DNA of 64,000 nucleotides from positions 11,888 to 75,887 of the forward strand of contig JACPOP010000020.1 of the NCBI GenBank assembly GCA_016191465.1, read 5' to 3'. The position numbers were made by a program, and so were the translations under genes. Under the pieces are notes generated by a model. The model was not told the origin of the DNA. It saw only the letters and a program-made list of their open reading frames with translations, and did not search any database. The DNA comes from Chloroflexota bacterium (GTDB lineage: Bacteria; Chloroflexota; UBA6077; CF-72). Every line of letters starts with the position of its first letter. Position 1 is the first letter of the stretch. This document shows positions 47,575-55,587 of the stretch, piece after piece.

Positions 47575-47786
47575 GAGTTGCAAGTTCCAAGTTCCAAGTT
47601 GCAAGTTTGGAGTTGTCGGGTGTCCTCCGGAGGCCGCGGCCGAAGGATCCGTGCTCGTGCGTGGGAGACGGATCCTTCGCTGCGCTCAAGGATGACACGG
47701 ACACTTCGTCTCCTTGGAACTTGGAACTTGGAACTTGGAACTTGGAACTTGGAACTTGGAACTCGGAGCTCGGAGCTCGGAGCTCG
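47575..47786. repeat. Composite intergenic element, copy C: left heptamer array, hairpin core, right heptamer array
   Basis: 47575-47616: six degenerate RAGTTNN heptamers. 47620-47696: gtgtcctccggaggccgcggccgaaggatcc, 19 nt, ggatccttcgctgcgctcaaggatgac. 47713-47761: 7 exact CTTGGAA units. 47762-47782: 3 exact CTCGGAG units (plus ctcg). Confidence 0.9.
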
Positions 47787-47835
47787 TCGGCCCGCCGCAC
47801 CGTGTCGCCGTCCGGGCGGGGCGTAGACTGACAGG

Positions 47836-49230
47836 GTGACTGTCGCACCCTCGTACGTCCCTGGACCCCTCGTTGACACCGCCGACGTGCTGCGGGCCGA
47901 CGAGGAACACCTGATTCACCCGCTTCAGCACCCGTCGGACCACGCGCGGCCGCTGCTGTTCGTCCGCGGTGAGGGCGCCGAGCTCATCGACTCGGAGGGG
48001 AACCGTTACATCGACGGGCTCTCCTGCCTGTGGAACGTCAACGTCGGCCACGGACGCGCCGAGCTCGCGGACGCCGCGGCAGCGCAAATGCGCCAGTTGG
48101 CCTACGCCTCGGCCTACGTCGGGTTCGTGAACGCGCCCGCGGCGTTGCTGGCCGAACGGCTGGTGGACGTGGCGTATCCCAACATGAGCGGCGTGTACTT
48201 CACGACCAGTGGAGCCGAGGCGAACGAGTCGGCGTTTAAGATGGCTCGCTACTATTGGAAGCTGCGCGGGCTGCCCGACAAGGTCAAGGTGATCTCGCGC
48301 CGGTGGGGCTACCACGGCGTGACCATGGCGGCTGCCAGCGCCACCGGCCTGCCCGTGTACCACAAGATGTTCGCACCGCTGGTGCCGAACTTCGTGCAGG
48401 CCGTCGGACCCTACCGCTTCCGCTGTGAGATGGAAGGTCCCGATGGTCCGCGACCGTGCACCGCACCGGAGGAGCACGACTATGCCGCCGAGCTGGAGCG
48501 TACGCTCGTGGCGGAAGGGCCGGAGACGGTCGCGGCGATTATCGCCGAGCCCATCCAGGGCGCGGGGGGTGTCATTCCCCCACCTGCCGACTACTGGGCG
48601 AAGCTACGCGCCATCGCCGACCGGCACGAAGTCTTGCTGATTGCCGACGAGGTGATCACCGGGTTTGGCCGCACCGGCCGCTGGTTCGGATTGGAGCACT
48701 GGGGCGTGCAGCCGGACCTGCTCAGCTTCGCAAAGGGCGTCACAAGCGCCTACCTCCCGCTGGGAGGGGTGATCGTCTCGCGCACCCTGCACGAGGCCAT
48801 CCAGGGAGCCCCAGCCGATATGAAGTTCATGCACGCGGCGACGTACTCGGGCCATCCCACCTGCTGCGCGGTAGCGCTGGCAAACCTGGACATCATCGAG
48901 CGCGAGGCGCTGGTCCAGCGAGCGGCCGAGCTTGCGCCGCGCTTCCTGCAACGGCTGGAGACCCTGCGGGCATTGCCACGGGTAGGCGACGTCAGAGGCC
49001 TCGGAATGATGGCCGCAGTTGAGCTGGTGGATCCCGGCGCGTCTGGCGCGGCGTACTACGACAATGCCGCGCCGCTCGCCGGCCGTGTGATGCGCGAGAG
49101 CATGCGCCGGGGCCTGATACCGAGGCTGCGAGGAAACGTGGTGTGCCTGGCCCCGCCCTTGGTCACCACGGACGAGCAGGTGGAGCGCCTGGTGCAGATC
49201 CTCGGCGACGCAATCCAGGCCACGGCGTAG
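47836..49230 (+). CDS. Class-III PLP-dependent aminotransferase (omega-transaminase type)
   Basis: SGAEANESAFKMARYYW, LLIADEVITGFGRTGRWFG, FAKGVTSAYLPLGG (Schiff-base Lys). GTG start. Confidence 0.9.
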   Translation: MTVAPSYVPGPLVDTADVLRADEEHLIHPLQHPSDHARPLLFVRGEGAELIDSEGNRYIDGLSCLWNVNVGHGRAELADAAAAQMRQLAYASAYVGFVNAPAALLAERLVDVAYPNMSGVYFTTSGAEANESAFKMARYYWKLRGLPDKVKVISRRWGYHGVTMAAASATGLPVYHKMFAPLVPNFVQAVGPYRFRCEMEGPDGPRPCTAPEEHDYAAELERTLVAEGPETVAAIIAEPIQGAGGVIPPPADYWAKLRAIADRHEVLLIADEVITGFGRTGRWFGLEHWGVQPDLLSFAKGVTSAYLPLGGVIVSRTLHEAIQGAPADMKFMHAATYSGHPTCCAVALANLDIIEREALVQRAAELAPRFLQRLETLRALPRVGDVRGLGMMAAVELVDPGASGAAYYDNAAPLAGRVMRESMRRGLIPRLRGNVVCLAPPLVTTDEQVERLVQILGDAIQATA

Positions 49231-49244
49231 CGCGATCTGTCGAA

Positions 49245-49553
49245 GTGGCGGAAACCGTCTGGACACGCGCTCACGTCCGCGTCAGCGGGCGCGTGCAGGG
49301 AGTCGGTTTCCGCTACGCCACCCGCACCGAGGCGAATCGCGCGCACGCCGCGGGCTGGGTGCGTAATCTACCTGCTGGCGAAGTTGAAGCCGTCTTCGAG
49401 GGACCACGGGAAGCCGTGGAAGCGCTTGTCCGATGGTGCCACCAGGGTCCGCCTGGAAGCTGGGTACGAAGTGTCAGGGTAGATTGGACCGAGCCGGTGG
49501 AGCACCTGGCGGGGTTCTCGGTGCGCGCGTCGGACTGGACGCTCGGCGACTGA
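49245..49553 (+). CDS. acyP: Acylphosphatase
   Basis: VSGRVQGVGFRY...GWVRNLPAGEVEAVFEG signature. GTG at 49245, just after the aminotransferase stop. Confidence 0.8.
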   Translation: MAETVWTRAHVRVSGRVQGVGFRYATRTEANRAHAAGWVRNLPAGEVEAVFEGPREAVEALVRWCHQGPPGSWVRSVRVDWTEPVEHLAGFSVRASDWTLGD

Positions 49554-49646
49554 CCTGCTGGACCGCTTCCTGCAACAATGGTGCGCCGCGGACTGCCGCC
49601 GCGGCACCCGGGTGGCGTGACCCTCGCGGCGGGAAGGGAGATTCAC

Positions 49647-50198
49647 ATGCGCGTCCTTGAGCTACGGGGCCTGCCCGTCATCGATCCACGAACTGCCCGG
49701 CGCGTTGGCGTGGTGAGCGACATCTATGTGGACCCGGTGCAGCACTGCATCGCGGCGCTGGAGATCGAGGCCGCGGCGGCTACCACCCTGGCCGTCAGCG
49801 AGTCTCTGACGGCAGACCGAGAGCGGGTCCTCAGTGCCGAGGTGCGCCGCGTCGGCAAGAGCGCTGTCATGCTCCGCGGGCCGTACACGCCGACCCGAGC
49901 CGCGGATGCGCCGGCGGAGCCGGGCTGGCTGAACCTGGACGCGCTCGTCGGGTTGGAGGTTATGAGCGATGGAGGAGACGCGATGGGTGCGCTCCAGGAC
50001 GTCTCATTCGACCCCGATTCGCTGCGTGTCGATGGGTTCGAGCTGGAAGTGCCGGTGATGGAACGCTGGTTCGGCGGCGGCGGGCGCATCTCGCCCGAGG
50101 CGGTGGTCTCCTGTAGCCGAGAGCTGATGCTGGTGCGCGCGGGACGTCAGCCCGCCCAGGAACCAGTCCTCACGGGGCAGTCGCAGGGGCACACCTGA
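49647..50198 (+). CDS. PRC-barrel domain protein (two PRC-like halves)
   Basis: LRGLPVIDPRTARRVGVVSDIYVDP and LVGLEVMSDGGDAMGALQDVSFDP. GGGAG sits 6-7 nt before the ATG at 49647. Confidence 0.65.
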   Translation: MRVLELRGLPVIDPRTARRVGVVSDIYVDPVQHCIAALEIEAAAATTLAVSESLTADRERVLSAEVRRVGKSAVMLRGPYTPTRAADAPAEPGWLNLDALVGLEVMSDGGDAMGALQDVSFDPDSLRVDGFELEVPVMERWFGGGGRISPEAVVSCSRELMLVRAGRQPAQEPVLTGQSQGHT

Positions 50199-50270
50199 AC
50201 CAGCGCTCCATCACCCGCCACGACAGCAACTCGGCGGAGCAGTGTCGAGCGCTCGCTAGTATTGCCTTCT

Positions 50271-51614
50271 ATGGCAACGCAGGACACGGTCGGCGCGCGC
50301 GCCGCTGCACCCCCCGGAGCGTCGTTCCGCACGACCGAGCTGGCAAATGGACTTCGGGTCCTCACCCGCGAGGTCCGCGAGCGGCCACTCGTGGGAGTGT
50401 GGATGTGGTACCGCGTCGGCGGCCGGAACGAGCTGCCCGGTATCACTGGCGTCTCACACTGGGTCGAGCACATGCTCTTCAAGGGCGGCAAGCGCTTCGG
50501 CAAAGGCGAGATCACCAAGGAAGTCACGCGTCGCGGCGGCGCATTGAACGCGTTCACCTGGATCGACTGCACCGCCTACTTCGAGACGTTGCCATCCTCG
50601 GAAATCGACCTTTCGCTGGCGATTCAATCCGACCGCGTGTACGACACTCAGATCGACGCTGGCGAGGCCGAGTCCGAGCGGACCGTCGTCATCTCCGAGC
50701 GCGAAGGGAGCGAGAACTACCCCGAGTTCTGGCTGCGCGAAGAGATTCAGGCGGTGGCATTTCGCGAGCACCCGTACCGGCTGGGCGTCATCGGCCCCAA
50801 GAGCGACCTGCGGGCGATGACCCGCGAGGACCTGTTCGCCCATTACAAGCGGCACTACATGACCAACAACGCCACGCTCGTGATCGCCGGGGACTTTGAG
50901 ACGGACCGACTGCTGGAGCGTGTCCACGCCGAGTTTGACCCCCTACCAGCCGGCGAGCTGCCACCGGCGTTGAGAATTGAAGAGCCACAGCAGACGGGTG
51001 AGCGCCGGGTGGTGGTACGCCGCCCCGGCCCGACGCGCTACGTGCAGATCGCGTATCGCGCACCGGCGGCCAGCGACCCGGACGCCGCGCCGATGGTGCT
51101 GCTCACCTCGGTGCTCAGCGGGGCTTCCAGTCCCATCGCGTGGGGCGGAGCGCGCGGGCTTGGACGCTCCTCCCGCCTGTACCGCCGCCTGGTCGACGGC
51201 GAGCTTGCCACCGAGGCCAGCGCGAGCTTCGATTTGACCCAGGACCCGTACCTCTTCACCGTTGACGCCACCCTTCGCGTTGGCGTGGACGGGCAGAAGG
51301 TGGAGCAGGCGCTGCTCGAGGAGGTGGACCGCATCGCGCGTGATGGAGTGTCAGACGAGGAGCTCGAACGAACCCGGCGTCAGCTCAGAGCGCAGGTCGT
51401 CTACTCCCTGGAGGGCGTCACCAACCAGGGCTTCGCGCTGGGCTTCATGGACCTGGTGGCGCGAGACGCCGCTGCCTGGGAGACCTTTCCCCTGCGCCTC
51501 CAGGGCGTGACATCCGAGGAGATTCGGACGGTGGCAAAGAAGTACCTGGTGGAACAGAACCGAACTGTCGGTTGGTTCCACCCGAGCAATGGCGGAAGTG
51601 AGGCGGCAGCGTGA
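50271..51614 (+). CDS. M16-family zinc peptidase, catalytic subunit
   Basis: Inverted zinc motif HWVEH (GVSHWVEHMLFKGG) and a downstream E. ATG at 50271; the TTG at 50262 is an alternative start. Confidence 0.85.
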   Translation: MATQDTVGARAAAPPGASFRTTELANGLRVLTREVRERPLVGVWMWYRVGGRNELPGITGVSHWVEHMLFKGGKRFGKGEITKEVTRRGGALNAFTWIDCTAYFETLPSSEIDLSLAIQSDRVYDTQIDAGEAESERTVVISEREGSENYPEFWLREEIQAVAFREHPYRLGVIGPKSDLRAMTREDLFAHYKRHYMTNNATLVIAGDFETDRLLERVHAEFDPLPAGELPPALRIEEPQQTGERRVVVRRPGPTRYVQIAYRAPAASDPDAAPMVLLTSVLSGASSPIAWGGARGLGRSSRLYRRLVDGELATEASASFDLTQDPYLFTVDATLRVGVDGQKVEQALLEEVDRIARDGVSDEELERTRRQLRAQVVYSLEGVTNQGFALGFMDLVARDAAAWETFPLRLQGVTSEEIRTVAKKYLVEQNRTVGWFHPSNGGSEAAA

Positions 51615-52918
51615 GCACAACGACGGCTGAGGCGGGCATCGCGGCGACGGACACGCGCTTGCCCAACGGGGTGCGGGTGCTGCACAGCTTCGCGCCCTCC
51701 AATCCGTCTGTGGTGGTGCGCCTGCTAGTTCGAGCCGGCGCCTCCCGCGAGACGCCGGAGCAGCAGGGACTCGCCCGGTTGGCGGGCCGGATGCTCCGCC
51801 AGGGCACGGAGCGCATCGACAAGGATGCCCTCGCGGAAGAGCTTGACGGCATGGGCGCAGGGCTATCAGTGGACGTCGGCTACGCGCTCACCACCATCTC
51901 GATCAAGTGCCTGGCGGAGGACTTCCGCCGCTCGTTGGAGCTCCTGGCGGGCGTGGCGCTGAAGCCCACCTTCCCCGAGCGCGAGCTGGAGGCCGTCCGC
52001 GGGCAGGCGCTCACGGAGCTCCGCGAGATGGACGACAACACACGCGTGGTGGCCGAGCGCCTCTGGCGAGAGATGGCGTATCCCGCCGATCACCGCTACC
52101 ACCGGCTGACCGCGGGAACCGACGAGACACTGCGCCGGTTCACCCGAGACGACCTCGCCGCGTTCCATCGCCGCACGTACACCCCGGACCAGGCCACCCT
52201 GATCGTGGTTGGCGACGTGGCGGCGGAGGCCGTGCGCCAGGAGTCCGAGCGAGTGCTTGGCGACTGGCAGGGCAGCCCGCAGGAGGACGTTCGGGCGACC
52301 CTGCCGTGGATGCCAGACCCTCCGGGAGGCAGTCGGGAGCACGTGCTGGAGGGCAAGACACAAGCGGACCTCGTGATTGGCCTGCCCGCTATTGAACGCA
52401 CCGACCCGGATTACTATGCGCTCGCCTTCGCCAACCACATCCTCGGGCGCATCTACTTCATGGGCCGGTTTGGCGAGAAGGTGCGCGATGAGCAGGGCCT
52501 TGCCTACTACGCCTACTCCGAGCTGGGTGCGGGCTACGGCCGCGGCGCCTGGTCGGTGCGGGCCGGCGTTAACCCCCGCAACCTGGACAGCGCCATCGCC
52601 AGCATCCACGCCGAGATCGAGCGCTTCCTGCGCGACGGTCCTACCGAGGCGGAGATGCAGGACGGCGTGACGAGCCTGGTCGGCAGCCTGCCGCGACAGG
52701 TCGAAACCAACGAGGGCGTCGCCGCGGTGCTCGCCGAGGTGGACCTGTTCGAGCTCGGCCTGGACTACCTGGAGCGGTACCCGAGCATCGTGCGGGCGCT
52801 CACGCATGAGCAGGTGCTGGCGGCGGCTCGGCGCCACATCAAGCCGGCCAGCCTCATCACAGCGATTGCCGGCCCCGCGCGGGCCGAGGAAGGCTCGGCC
52901 AGCGCCCCCGACCGCTGA
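51611..52918 (+). CDS. M16-family peptidase-like protein, non-catalytic subunit
   Basis: Same fold, but the HxxEH position reads GLARLAGRMLRQGT. The GTG start overlaps the upstream stop (GTGA). Confidence 0.8.
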   Translation: MSTTTAEAGIAATDTRLPNGVRVLHSFAPSNPSVVVRLLVRAGASRETPEQQGLARLAGRMLRQGTERIDKDALAEELDGMGAGLSVDVGYALTTISIKCLAEDFRRSLELLAGVALKPTFPERELEAVRGQALTELREMDDNTRVVAERLWREMAYPADHRYHRLTAGTDETLRRFTRDDLAAFHRRTYTPDQATLIVVGDVAAEAVRQESERVLGDWQGSPQEDVRATLPWMPDPPGGSREHVLEGKTQADLVIGLPAIERTDPDYYALAFANHILGRIYFMGRFGEKVRDEQGLAYYAYSELGAGYGRGAWSVRAGVNPRNLDSAIASIHAEIERFLRDGPTEAEMQDGVTSLVGSLPRQVETNEGVAAVLAEVDLFELGLDYLERYPSIVRALTHEQVLAAARRHIKPASLITAIAGPARAEEGSASAPDR

Positions 52919-52947
52919 CTCCCCGAAGGCGGTCCCGGCTGTTCCGC

Positions 52948-55065
52948 CTAAAAGTTGTCCCGCGCGGAGCCGGCGATGTTCGCCTGCTCGCGCCGCTTGT
53001 GGGTCAGCTCGTGCGTCGGAACGCTGGTGACCACGAAACCCGGCGTGAACAGCAGAGCCCCTTTCAAGCGCAAGGCGCTCTGGCTGTGGAGGGCCTGTCC
53101 CCACCAGGAATCGGGCACGTACTCCGGCAGGATCACCGTCAGCACGTCGGCGTTCTCCACCTTCTTGAGCTGCGTCAGGAATGCCAGGAGTGGCCGCTGG
53201 AGGCTCCGGTACGGGGATCCGACCTGGATGAGCGGTACCCCCTCGCCCCAGACCTTCCAGGCCTGCTCGATCTCCCGGGCGCGCTCAGCGTCCACCGCCA
53301 CGTGGACCGCGGTGACGTGGTCGCTCATGGACCGTGCGTAACGGAGCGCTCGGATCGTGGCTCGGTTGACCTGGGAGACCGGGACGACCACGACGTGGGT
53401 GAGCGGCCGGTCCTCCAGCGGCTCGGCGGGCAACGCCAGGACGGCCCGGGCGCGCTGGTAATGGGCATACACGCGCAGGAAGCCGACGATGAAGATGGGC
53501 ACGATCACCACCACGAGCCAGGCTCCCCACCAGCCGAACGATGCTCCCGGAACGATGGGGTTGTTGAAGTCGACAAAGTTCGTCACCGCGGCGGTGAGCG
53601 CCACGACTGCGGTGGCAATGCCGCCGACACCATTGACCAGCGACTTGAGACGCCAGTGGGCGGACTTATCGCGGATCCAGTGGCGCACCATGCCACCCTG
53701 CGATAGGGTGAATGCGATGAACACCGCCACCGCGTAGAGCGGCAACAGGGCCTCGGTCCGGCCGCCAAAGATCACCACCAGGACCGCTGACATCACACCC
53801 AGCAGAATGATGCCGTTCGTGAACGCCAAACGGTCGGCCCGGAATGCCAGCTGGTGTGGCGCGTAATCGTCCCGCGCCAGCAGCGAGGCAAGACGCGGAA
53901 AGTCGGCGAAGGCGGTGTTTGCGGCCAGGATCAGGATGAGGACCGTCGCGACCTGGACCACGTAGTACAGCGGGCCCTCGCCAAAGACGGCGCGATTCAG
54001 CTGCGAGATGATGGTGTCGCCGTCGGCCGGGATCACCCGGGTCTGGACGATCAACACCGCCAATCCCAGGAACATGGACGCCAGGATGCTGGCCATCGCG
54101 ACAAGCGTCCGCGCCGCGTTCCGCGATTCGGGAGGCTGGAAGGCCGGTACGCCATTCGAGATGGCTTCGGTGCCTGTCATGACCGCCGAGCCCGTGGCGA
54201 AGGCGCGCAGCACCAGGAATAGGGTGAGCGGCTCCGCCGGGACGCTCTTCGGAATGTCAGGCACGATGGCTGGCAACTGGCCCGTAAACAGCAGGAACAG
54301 CCCTGTGCCGATCAGCGCGTACATCGAGACAAGGAATACGTAGGTCGGCACCGCGAAAATCGAACCGGACTCGCGGATGCCCCGGAGGTTGGCAATGGTG
54401 ACCAGCACAATGCAGCCGACGCCCAGAAGCACCCGGTACGGCCCGAGGAGGGGGAGCGCCGAGATCGCCTGGTCGACGCCGGAAGCAACCGACACCGAGA
54501 CGGTAAGCACGTAGCCAACTGCAAGCGCCGACGCCGCGATCAGCCCGGGGATAGGGCCGAGGTTGGCGTGCGCAACGATGTAGCTGCCGCCGCCAGACGG
54601 GTAGGTGTAAATGGTCTGACGGTAGGAGGTTGCCACGGCGGCGAGGAGCAGGGTGATGGCGATGGCCAGCGGCATGAACCAACCGGTGGCGGCTGACCCC
54701 GCTGCCATCAGGACGATCAGGACCGCCTCGGGTGCGTATGCCACCGATGACAGGGCGTCAGATGAGAAGACCGCCAGCGCCTTGACCTTCGACAGGCGCT
54801 CGTGCGACTCCAGGGCAGTGTGGATTGGGGTGCCGATGAGCGCCCGCCAGAGCGTGCTCAGCGCTCCCTTCGGCTCTTCAAGCTCCAGGCTCGCCTCGAG
54901 CCGGCCGGATCCCTGCCGCGAGAACCCGCCGAACTCCGGGCGCTTTATGCGCACCACGTGGTCGCCCGGCCGGCGGGGCCGAACTCGTTCGTGGGTTACG
55001 CGCTCCGTCGCGGGGACGCGCGGATCGTTTGATTTGGGATCGCCAGGTACCGGCGTGGTGCTCAT
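52948..55065 (-). CDS. APC-superfamily permease with a roughly 200-aa C-terminal cytosolic domain
   Basis: About 12 TM segments (AVFSSDALSSVAYAPE...YPSGGGSYIV) followed by a soluble C-terminal domain. Confidence 0.85.
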   Translation of the reverse strand: MSTTPVPGDPKSNDPRVPATERVTHERVRPRRPGDHVVRIKRPEFGGFSRQGSGRLEASLELEEPKGALSTLWRALIGTPIHTALESHERLSKVKALAVFSSDALSSVAYAPEAVLIVLMAAGSAATGWFMPLAIAITLLLAAVATSYRQTIYTYPSGGGSYIVAHANLGPIPGLIAASALAVGYVLTVSVSVASGVDQAISALPLLGPYRVLLGVGCIVLVTIANLRGIRESGSIFAVPTYVFLVSMYALIGTGLFLLFTGQLPAIVPDIPKSVPAEPLTLFLVLRAFATGSAVMTGTEAISNGVPAFQPPESRNAARTLVAMASILASMFLGLAVLIVQTRVIPADGDTIISQLNRAVFGEGPLYYVVQVATVLILILAANTAFADFPRLASLLARDDYAPHQLAFRADRLAFTNGIILLGVMSAVLVVIFGGRTEALLPLYAVAVFIAFTLSQGGMVRHWIRDKSAHWRLKSLVNGVGGIATAVVALTAAVTNFVDFNNPIVPGASFGWWGAWLVVVIVPIFIVGFLRVYAHYQRARAVLALPAEPLEDRPLTHVVVVPVSQVNRATIRALRYARSMSDHVTAVHVAVDAERAREIEQAWKVWGEGVPLIQVGSPYRSLQRPLLAFLTQLKKVENADVLTVILPEYVPDSWWGQALHSQSALRLKGALLFTPGFVVTSVPTHELTHKRREQANIAGSARDNF

Positions 55066-55350
55066 AGTTGCCGTTGTGGGCGGGCCCTCGTGGCCGCAAC
55101 ACGCACAGCGCGTGCCGCTCCCGGTGCCCGAATCTCAGCATGGTATAGACCCTCCTCGAGGAGCCGCCATCGTTCGGAGGGCCCGCTCCCATGGGACTCG
55201 CTGCATCCTGGCGGCGGGCAAAGCCGCGACGCTATCCAGCCGGCTGACCGCCGCCGCCGTTGCGCGTTATGGTTGACCCTGGCGATTCGCCGCGCGGACG
55301 GAGTTGGGCGCGTGGGTAACCGCCGCAAGGCCAGTCGCGGCGCGCCACCG

Positions 55351-55587
55351 ATGGAGCTGATGAAGTCGAACCGGGAAACGAGAGAGATCGTCGGGGCGGG
55401 CATTCTGGCCGCGCTGGGGATCGTGGCGACCAGCGTGGGCGCGTTCGCCCACGTCCCGCAGCTTGCCGCGCCGGGTTCGACGGCAATCCTGGTCGGTGGA
55501 GCCTGGCTGGGCAGCGCGCTGGCGCGTACAGACCTGTCGCTCCCGCGCCGATCCACTGCAAACCGGGCTCCGAAGACCGGCGACTGA
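55351..55587 (+). CDS. Small (78-aa) two-TM membrane protein, translationally coupled to the EtfD-like gene
   Basis: MELMKSNRETREIVGAGILAALGIVATSVGAF...TAILVGGAWLGSALA. G/C-rich third positions. Its TGA shares one nt with the next ATG (TGATG). No homology was recognised. Confidence 0.45.
   Translation: MELMKSNRETREIVGAGILAALGIVATSVGAFAHVPQLAAPGSTAILVGGAWLGSALARTDLSLPRRSTANRAPKTGD

Noticed and set aside
47713-47786. Possible CRISPR array
   Set aside because: The units are 7 nt long and contiguous, with no spacers, and no cas genes are in the window. This is a microsatellite, not a CRISPR array.
46851-47848. ORFs translating the heptamer arrays into periodic peptides (ELGTWNL... and SKFQVPS...)
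   Set aside because: These frames overlap the NUDIX CDS out of frame or antisense. The periodic peptide is simply a 7-nt repeat read in three phases, and the repeat lies between a stop and the next start.
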